Shown here piece by piece: positions 56,837-64,000 of a DNA stretch of 64,000 nt. Source of the stretch: an uncultured virus (IMG/VR IMGVR_UViG_3300020357_000003). Taxonomy: Duplodnaviria > Heunggongvirae > Uroviricota > Caudoviricetes. Where the stretch lies: the IMG/VR virus record IMGVR_UViG_3300020357_000003; one strand, written 5' to 3'. Numbering within the stretch: the first letter of the stretch is position 1; each line of letters opens with the position of its first letter. The translations under genes and the position numbers were made by a program. The notes under the pieces are model-generated. The model was not told the origin of the DNA and did not search any database. It saw nothing but the letters and a program-made list of their open reading frames with translations.

Positions 56837-58903
56837 ATGGCAAGAACTAACTTACCAGGGAATATTTTAAAAAGCCTTAATACCAGATTATTAGGCAATT
56901 TAAAAAGTGGAGTTGATACTAATATCGACTTAATGCAGGGTCAAGCTAATCTAGCTGAGCAGGGAGTTCAACGATATGCAGATATCTCTGCACAGGATTT
57001 TCTTTCAGATATAGAAGCTGTTAATACGGGTGATCCTACACAGGATCTTTTAGCGAGAAATCAGTTAGTTCAACAAATGAAAGCAGACCCTGGTTTAATT
57101 GATATGGGTAAAGTTAATGTAGGACTGAGAAATATTCGAAAACAAGCTCCTATTGATTATTTAAAAGGTCAAGAGGCACAAAAAGCATTTAAAACGCAAC
57201 ATGATATTGACTGGGATACAAAGCACATGCGTGATCTTCCTAATCAATTTTTAGATGACGGTTCCGTAAATCCTGCTTTTCAAACAAGCTTAGAAAGTAA
57301 TATTGCCGAAGCTAGAAGAAACAATATTGCTATTCCTCAAGAAAAAGCTCTGTATCGAAGTATATTCGATAATGATCCCTTTACACTATCAGCAGATACG
57401 ACTACTACGTTAGAGAATCTATCAAAAGGTGGTGCAAAAGCATTTACTAAATCAGCACAAGCAGGTGTGATTAATAAAATAGCCGATAACATGGCTAAAA
57501 AATATCCTGGAATAACAGACAGGTCTGTATTCAAAACTAGAGCAGGTACTTTACTAGCTAATTCTAAATACGGTCAAAATTTTACATTAGGAATTGCAGA
57601 TGAAGCTACTGATACAATTGATACGCTTGCAATAGAACGAATGCAAAGTGATATAAGTAACGCTGCTCAGAATTATGGTAAAGGAACGGGAGAAGTCCTT
57701 GCTCAAAATAATAAAGTATATAGAGATAGTGTTAATGCTTTAATTACTTTTATGAATAAAAATAATATTGGAAGCGATCATCCAAACGCAAAAAATCTAC
57801 AAGCTCCAATATTAAGAGCACTACAACGAGACGGCCTATCTTTAGACAGTGTTGTTAAAAACAATACTAGTTGGTTAGCAGAATTAAATAGTGGTGCAAT
57901 TAAAGTTAGTACTGCACAAAGCATAAAAGGGGCAATACGTAGACACTACCAAAATCTATATCCTGAACTTACAGATGGTATTTTTGATCAGCACTACGAC
58001 AAACTCAAAAATAACGCAGGAAGTGGTATATCAGCAGCTATTACACAAGGAGCTGCGAATGCTGCAGCTAGGGCAAAGACTATTGCCATAGATATGAAGA
58101 ACAAAGAGGAATTCTGGTCAAGAGCGAACAGAGATGCAAATGCAATGGAGTATGAAACTGTTGAGGGTCATATTACTAGATCGTTAATGGAACAACTTAA
58201 AAGCGACTATAAAGATGAAGACTTTGACCCAGGTACTGGGATGGAACTTCAGGAATCAATAAGAAGGACTAAAAATCTATATGATTATGCTATAGGTCGA
58301 AAACTTCCTGAAAGCGGCCCCGAAAGGGATGCTTATAATTTAGCTCTTAAACGAACAATGCTAAATAGTGTTACTTGGGACACAAAATTCACAGTCGGAG
58401 GATATACTGTAGTAAAAGCTGATTTCGGAATGGTAGGCGCCCCAGGGAATATAAGTCCTGAATGGTGGGATAATTTTCCAAATAAAGTAGATCTGTATAA
58501 TAGATTTAAAGAGAATATTATACCTGCTAACGCTCTTAGAAAAGCTGAGAAAAATGAAAGAAAACTTAAAGAAGGATCTAAAAGCCTAATAACGGCAACC
58601 AATGACGCTCTTAAAAGTGTTAAATCACAAACACCACAAATATCAAAGTCTAGGGTTAGTTCTACTTATTCACAAGGTCTTGATCCACTATATCAATTTT
58701 CACAAGGAGGAGTAGGAAATCGTTATCAACCATCTACTACTGGTCAACCAATTCCAAGTCAGAATACAGGAGGAACTCCGACTGCAAATCCAAACGTTGT
58801 AGAATTAGACAATGGAACCTTTCAGGTAACTTTACCTAATGGTAAGACGGAAATAATAAGTAGAGAAAAAATGGCAGCCTACACTCTAATGGGTAGGCAA
58901 TAA
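56837..58903 (+). CDS. internal virion/ejection protein (gp51 position)
   Basis: 688 aa, Cys-free, helical, directly before the giant ORF. Confidence 0.6.
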   Translation: MARTNLPGNILKSLNTRLLGNLKSGVDTNIDLMQGQANLAEQGVQRYADISAQDFLSDIEAVNTGDPTQDLLARNQLVQQMKADPGLIDMGKVNVGLRNIRKQAPIDYLKGQEAQKAFKTQHDIDWDTKHMRDLPNQFLDDGSVNPAFQTSLESNIAEARRNNIAIPQEKALYRSIFDNDPFTLSADTTTTLENLSKGGAKAFTKSAQAGVINKIADNMAKKYPGITDRSVFKTRAGTLLANSKYGQNFTLGIADEATDTIDTLAIERMQSDISNAAQNYGKGTGEVLAQNNKVYRDSVNALITFMNKNNIGSDHPNAKNLQAPILRALQRDGLSLDSVVKNNTSWLAELNSGAIKVSTAQSIKGAIRRHYQNLYPELTDGIFDQHYDKLKNNAGSGISAAITQGAANAAARAKTIAIDMKNKEEFWSRANRDANAMEYETVEGHITRSLMEQLKSDYKDEDFDPGTGMELQESIRRTKNLYDYAIGRKLPESGPERDAYNLALKRTMLNSVTWDTKFTVGGYTVVKADFGMVGAPGNISPEWWDNFPNKVDLYNRFKENIIPANALRKAEKNERKLKEGSKSLITATNDALKSVKSQTPQISKSRVSSTYSQGLDPLYQFSQGGVGNRYQPSTTGQPIPSQNTGGTPTANPNVVELDNGTFQVTLPNGKTEIISREKMAAYTLMGRQ

Positions 58904-58935
58904 TCTACTAATCTAGATATGAATAACTCAGAAAT

Positions 58936-61900
58936 ATGGCACTTAAAGAAGAGCTACATAACGCAGACATTGTTCAAGCGTTAACTAATGGCGCAACTCC
59001 ACCAAAACCTTCCGCAAGAGACTCCCTTTTACAGACTAAAGCCGCTAGTTTAGCTAATGTACTAAATGCTAAACGCAATAGTGTCCATAATCTTAAAGCT
59101 ACTAGATTAGCACAGGTTATAAATCACAAATATGGTATGGGTGGGGCAACTCCCAATGTAGTCGGTACTAACAGTGATACTTTATCTACAGGTGAATTTG
59201 GTAATGTTACGTTTTCTGATAAAGTAAATCCAGACCCTGTAGTTACAGATGTAACAGCTGACCCTCTTACTACTCCTAAATCTTTTACAGAAGAAAATGA
59301 GATTTTTACGGCTATAGATGGAGCTGCTGAAGAATTTGGACTTCCTAAAGCATTATTTCGTTCGTTAGTTTTTGAAGAATCAGGCAATAAACAAACTGCT
59401 AAATCTCCAACCAATGTTAGAGGTATAGCTCAAGTAACACAACAAACCATGGAAGAAATGTTACCTGGTGGCGATGTAAATAATGCCGCTCATCAGTTGT
59501 ATGCTGGAGCTAAGTACTTATCTAAGCATGTTAATAGATGGAAACTTAAAGGATTTGACGAACGACAAGCTCAACAGTTAGCTGCTGCATCATATAATAC
59601 TGGTTTTAGTCGTGTGCTGGAAGCTATTAAAGCAACTAAAAAAACTCATCCTACAATGCAAGAAATAGAAACTGCTGGTATTGCTCTATTTAAACAACGA
59701 CCATTTAAAGGTGGAGTTAAAGAAGGCCCTGGTGGAAAAAAAGTAGCTACCAAAAAACGTAAAGATCTTGATAGTTTTAAAGAAGGTATGGGGCATTGGA
59801 AAAAAATTCATTACAAAGATGGTGTATTACAAGATTTTACTAAACCTACTCCTCAAACACCGTTTGTTACAAAAATGCCAGAAGCAGTTGAGGAGACGTC
59901 CAAGCCAGTATCTAGTCAAACACATAAACCAGAAGACAAACCAACACCTCCTCCTATTAAAACAATTGATCCATCTGTTGATATTAGTGCTCCTGGTGGT
60001 ATTGCAAAGGCTGTACAAGAAGCTCCTCCTGCTGATGTAGATTTACGAGATACTGGGGCAGATCGTAGAAAAGCTGAAAGACTACAAGCACAAAGAAGAG
60101 AATTTAAACGAATAGATGAACTTAGAAAAATTACTAATAAGGCAGATAAAGAAGAAGTTGTTTTAACACCTACTCACAAATTACCTCATCTTAAAGAGCA
60201 CAAGCCTCCTACACCTATTACTAAACCTCCTAGTGTTGATATAGATAGAAGAGATCCAGGTAAAGACCGTGCAAGAGCAGAAAAACTGCAAGCAGAACAA
60301 CGAAAATTTAAAAGAATAGATCAAGAACTAAGTAGCCGTAAAAAACAAAAGAAGTTTAGTGTGGATAGTCTTAGTGGTTATGGAGATTTTGCAACTGGAC
60401 GTCAGGATCTTTCCGCAAATCAGTATTTAAATTCTGGTCTTGATACCATTATGGACAATGTCCAGACCAATAAAAAAATTATAGAAGATAAACATGATTC
60501 TGCTTATTTTGATAACAAACGTAAACAAGCTCTTACAAAGAGAGCAGAAATTATTTCTGATCCTAAAGGAACTTATCAACAACCTGCTGTTACTCCTGAA
60601 GTTCCAGAAACGGTACCAGAAGTAACACCAGAAGCAGTTCCGCAAATAGATGTTCCAGAGCCAGATATTTATAGTCCTCGATCTGTACCAAAAACAGTTA
60701 GTGAAAATATTTATAGTCCTGCTACTCCTCGCCCTGCTGAGGCTAAAACTTATGAGGATTTATACAGTTCTTACAAAACTCCTAATGAAGCACTGATTAA
60801 AGAAATTTATAAACTACCAGATTTTACTCCATCATCTCCAATAGTATCTGTAAATCGTAACTTAGTAGAATTACAAGATGGAACATATCGTCTACTTACA
60901 CAAGACGGTACATGGATGCCTTTTAGCGATAAAATCGAAGCTCAAGTATTCATGGCTTATGATATTGCAAACTATCAAGCTAATCTTTTGGATCATCCTG
61001 AAGAAACATCAGTATCAGGAATGTACAATAAATTAGTAGGAGGTTTAGTTGATCCTGTTGAAACTATATTTCAAGGATTTGTAGGAGCTACAACTTTAAC
61101 AGAACATATTAATGATCATAATAATAGACTTAAAGCTGGAAGTTTTCTGTCGTCTATTACACATGATCCTAATGATGAAATTACTCAGCAAGACAAATTA
61201 AACTATTTAGCAATTCAAGAAAATAAAGGACTATCAGCTGAGTTGCAGGCATTTAAGGATAGTGAAAAGTATCAAGTAATTGCTACTTTAGATAAGGATG
61301 CGAAAGAAAACCAAGACCAACAAGCTAAGCTTAAAGAATTCTCTAAAATATGGCATGAAGCACATCCATATAATAGAAAATATATTGAAAGTGCTACTAC
61401 AGCAATGCGTGTAATTGCTAAAGAGCATGGCAATGCGGCAGCAGCTTTAGAGCTATTTAAAGAATACAAAGGTACTCTTGCCCTACAAGGTCTTGATAGT
61501 TTTGGATATACGGTAGCATTAGTATATGGAAATATACCTGTCCAACTTGGGCTACTTACTGGCTTAGCTAGAGGCAGAACTAAGGCTAATATTGAGCAGT
61601 ATGTTGCCGAGCATGGTGAAAAGGCATTAACACCTGAAATACTTACGGATATTAAAATATTTTCTACTTTACAAGAAGTATCTGAAAAAGTAAGTGCAGG
61701 TATAGTTGTAAAACAACTTAAATTAATCCCAGGATTAGGTGGTGCTGGTTTATGGGGCACACAGATAACGAATGGTGTATTGGCAACTATACATCCTACT
61801 GTACGTACGTTAGGTAAAGTAGTATGGGCTCCTCCTAAAATGTTTGGTGCTGAGTTTGTACAAGGAACAACTAATTCAATGCTGGAACAAGCGGCATTAC

Positions 61901-64000
61901 AGAAAAAAGTTGATATTGGTAAAGCAGCAGTTGAAGGAGGAATTCCAGAAGGATTTGCAGTTGGTACTATGGCACCAGCAATGGCAGTTGGAGGAACAGC
62001 CAAAGAGGTAACTAAAAAAGTTGCTAAAAAAGCATGGGATCCTTCTGGAAAGAAAGCAGCAGCTAAAACAGACAAAGCAACTAAACAAAAAATTGAAAAT
62101 GAAATAAAGAGCACTCAAGAAAAAATAGAAAAAATTAAAAAGATGCAAGAAGCACCTTCTAATTTAAAATCTAAATTAGACGCTCTTACTGAACAATTAA
62201 CTGATTTACAAGATGCTTATGATGAAATACCCAATCTACACGGTAAAACTTTAAGTTTACCTGGTCGACCTGGAAAACTGGAAACTACTAATACCTTACT
62301 GAAAAAGCTATATAAGCCTTATGAACAGTTAGTTTCAGATGGTGCCATGTCATTAGATGACGCTATCGAAGCAATGAATGATGATTTAGAAGCTGAAATA
62401 GAGAAAAGACTAGAAGAGAAAACTAATTTAGAAGAGCAACTGCCTGATCCAATCACACTTGAAGATACTGTTGAATATGTACAACATGAGGGCAAAGCAG
62501 TACCTGTAGGGATTGGGGCAAGAAAAATGACTGAACTCTTAGAACTTGAACTCCAATTAGAAACAAAAATAGCTGAACATAAGAGTAATGTTGAAAAGAT
62601 TAATCAAAGTGACATACCTGGGCCGAAAAAACAGGAAGCTATTAAAATAGAAGAACAGAAACATGCTACATACCTAGAAGGAGCAATTAAAAAACAGGAT
62701 AAATTGCTTAATGAGTTACAAGCTCCTCTTAACCCAACAATGCTCAAAGTCTATGAAAAACAATTAATAGACGTTAATGATAGAAGAACTAAGGTACTTG
62801 AAAATGAATCATATAAAGCAAGTCCTAAGTCTCCGACTATGCCAGGATCCGCAAATCCAAAAGGATTTAGGGCTGATGGAACAGGTAGAGATGTAGACAA
62901 AATTTCAGATGAAGAAGTTGATGCTCAAATTACATTAATTAAAAAGATGAGCGAAGAAGAAGATCCAGATATTACGAATTTTGATCCAAGTGGAAAGTTT
63001 AAACCAGGAGACGTAGTTCATTTAAATACAACTGATGAAGAATTACTTAAAAAAGGTGAACAAGGATTTGTTATTGAAACAATCCTAGGCAAACAAGAAA
63101 GAGATGGGAAGGTTCATGTAAAACTTGCAGGAGTAACTGAAACTGTCCCAATTGATTCATTAATATTTGGAAATAAACCACGAACTGATACAACTCCTTC
63201 TACAAAATTAGATCATGTAGAGGCATTAATTGATAAAGATTTAACTGATGCACAGATTACAAAAGTACGAGAACAACTCTCAAAAGAAATAAAAGAACTA
63301 GAAGAAAAAATAGGAACTGGTAAGAGAGTTCTAGGGTCATTAGAAGATAGGCTTGATGAAATAGAAAAGTTAACTCCAGAAGAATTAGAAAAGAAATTAG
63401 CAGAAGCCAAGTCCCCAGATGACATAAAATTCTGGACAGCTAAACTTAATCAAAAAAGAATTCAAAAAGAAAGAGGTGAAAAACAAGACGCTATTGATAA
63501 AGATATGGCAACGGTACATGAGGAAATTCTTGAAGGGGAGAGCAAGAAATTTAAAGGATTACATGCTTACTACACAGACATTGTAACAGCCCTTACTGAA
63601 TTAACAGATCATGTAAAACTCACAAGACGACTTGAATCTCTTGTTTCAGATATGCGTACTCATGCTACTAATATAAACAATAAATTAAATGCATTTGATA
63701 ATGCCTATGAAATATTTACTAGTACTGGTAAAGCCGTAGCTGTTGTGGGTACTAAAGCTGAAAATAGTAGAGATATGACCTATGAAGTAGTAACAGATAT
63801 GACCGAGACTCAAATTGATGAAGCACATAAAAAGAAATTATATAATGGAAAATTTGCGTATGTTACAAAAATAGATAAAAACTCAGGTAGATTAATTGAT
63901 ACGCTTGCTGGGGAAGTAAATTATGGTAATTGGATTATGGGGGTAGTTGAAGGACATAGAAATACTTCTATGGCTAAAAATGAATTCAATAAAGCCCGAA
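58936..64000 (+). CDS. giant virion protein, probable N-terminal part of vRNAP, with SLT lytic transglycosylase domain; 3'-truncated
   Basis: ATG at 58936, frame open to the window end (>1680 aa); FEESG...GIAQV...AGAKYL...ASYNTG at about 59310-59610; gp50 position. Confidence 0.8.
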   Translation, partial: MALKEELHNADIVQALTNGATPPKPSARDSLLQTKAASLANVLNAKRNSVHNLKATRLAQVINHKYGMGGATPNVVGTNSDTLSTGEFGNVTFSDKVNPDPVVTDVTADPLTTPKSFTEENEIFTAIDGAAEEFGLPKALFRSLVFEESGNKQTAKSPTNVRGIAQVTQQTMEEMLPGGDVNNAAHQLYAGAKYLSKHVNRWKLKGFDERQAQQLAAASYNTGFSRVLEAIKATKKTHPTMQEIETAGIALFKQRPFKGGVKEGPGGKKVATKKRKDLDSFKEGMGHWKKIHYKDGVLQDFTKPTPQTPFVTKMPEAVEETSKPVSSQTHKPEDKPTPPPIKTIDPSVDISAPGGIAKAVQEAPPADVDLRDTGADRRKAERLQAQRREFKRIDELRKITNKADKEEVVLTPTHKLPHLKEHKPPTPITKPPSVDIDRRDPGKDRARAEKLQAEQRKFKRIDQELSSRKKQKKFSVDSLSGYGDFATGRQDLSANQYLNSGLDTIMDNVQTNKKIIEDKHDSAYFDNKRKQALTKRAEIISDPKGTYQQPAVTPEVPETVPEVTPEAVPQIDVPEPDIYSPRSVPKTVSENIYSPATPRPAEAKTYEDLYSSYKTPNEALIKEIYKLPDFTPSSPIVSVNRNLVELQDGTYRLLTQDGTWMPFSDKIEAQVFMAYDIANYQANLLDHPEETSVSGMYNKLVGGLVDPVETIFQGFVGATTLTEHINDHNNRLKAGSFLSSITHDPNDEITQQDKLNYLAIQENKGLSAELQAFKDSEKYQVIATLDKDAKENQDQQAKLKEFSKIWHEAHPYNRKYIESATTAMRVIAKEHGNAAAALELFKEYKGTLALQGLDSFGYTVALVYGNIPVQLGLLTGLARGRTKANIEQYVAEHGEKALTPEILTDIKIFSTLQEVSEKVSAGIVVKQLKLIPGLGGAGLWGTQITNGVLATIHPTVRTLGKVVWAPPKMFGAEFVQGTTNSMLEQAALQKKVDIGKAAVEGGIPEGFAVGTMAPAMAVGGTAKEVTKKVAKKAWDPSGKKAAAKTDKATKQKIENEIKSTQEKIEKIKKMQEAPSNLKSKLDALTEQLTDLQDAYDEIPNLHGKTLSLPGRPGKLETTNTLLKKLYKPYEQLVSDGAMSLDDAIEAMNDDLEAEIEKRLEEKTNLEEQLPDPITLEDTVEYVQHEGKAVPVGIGARKMTELLELELQLETKIAEHKSNVEKINQSDIPGPKKQEAIKIEEQKHATYLEGAIKKQDKLLNELQAPLNPTMLKVYEKQLIDVNDRRTKVLENESYKASPKSPTMPGSANPKGFRADGTGRDVDKISDEEVDAQITLIKKMSEEEDPDITNFDPSGKFKPGDVVHLNTTDEELLKKGEQGFVIETILGKQERDGKVHVKLAGVTETVPIDSLIFGNKPRTDTTPSTKLDHVEALIDKDLTDAQITKVREQLSKEIKELEEKIGTGKRVLGSLEDRLDEIEKLTPEELEKKLAEAKSPDDIKFWTAKLNQKRIQKERGEKQDAIDKDMATVHEEILEGESKKFKGLHAYYTDIVTALTELTDHVKLTRRLESLVSDMRTHATNINNKLNAFDNAYEIFTSTGKAVAVVGTKAENSRDMTYEVVTDMTETQIDEAHKKKLYNGKFAYVTKIDKNSGRLIDTLAGEVNYGNWIMGVVEGHRNTSMAKNEFNKAR

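Noticed and set aside
61272..62114. 280-aa minus-strand ORF and other antisense ORFs in the track
   Set aside because: Shadow ORFs opposite long, motif-bearing genes; no RBS or motifs
1..64000. Alternative genetic code or stop-codon reassignment
   Set aside because: Core genes are full length and densely packed under the standard code

Overview
AT-rich (roughly one third G+C by eye) genome of an N4-like podophage (Schitoviridae-type gene set). It appears circularly permuted: the window starts in the 3' end of the giant virion RNA polymerase gene (1-1635) and ends in what is probably the 5' part of the same gene (58936->64000, absent from the ORF track because it has no stop). The minus strand from 1.6 to 24.8 kb holds early and middle genes: SSB, resolvase, primase, helicase, family A DNA polymerase, ligase, a MoxR/vWA pair, a single-chain T7-type RNA polymerase and an odd tRNA. 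The plus strand from 25.3 to 64 kb holds late genes: terminase, tail, lysis, portal, capsid and ejection proteins. Most notable: (1) a tail-gene-embedded operon pairing a fibre-like protein with a 12-Cys, Asn-Cys-rich C-terminus, an Ig-like partner, four 2OG-Fe(II)-type oxygenases and a radical SAM/SPASM enzyme, which looks like RiPP-type maturation machinery acting on a virion protein; (2) a perfect chromosomal-type parS site, tandem palindromes, phased iteron-like repeats and two RepL-like genes at the early/late divergence; (3) a tRNA with a 9-nt anticodon loop; (4) N4 gp15- and gp16-like RNAP halves fused in one ORF; (5) a lytic transglycosylase domain at the N-terminus of the putative vRNAP; (6) an acyl-carrier-like gene before the portal. 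All family assignments come from motif reading and synteny, with no database searches.
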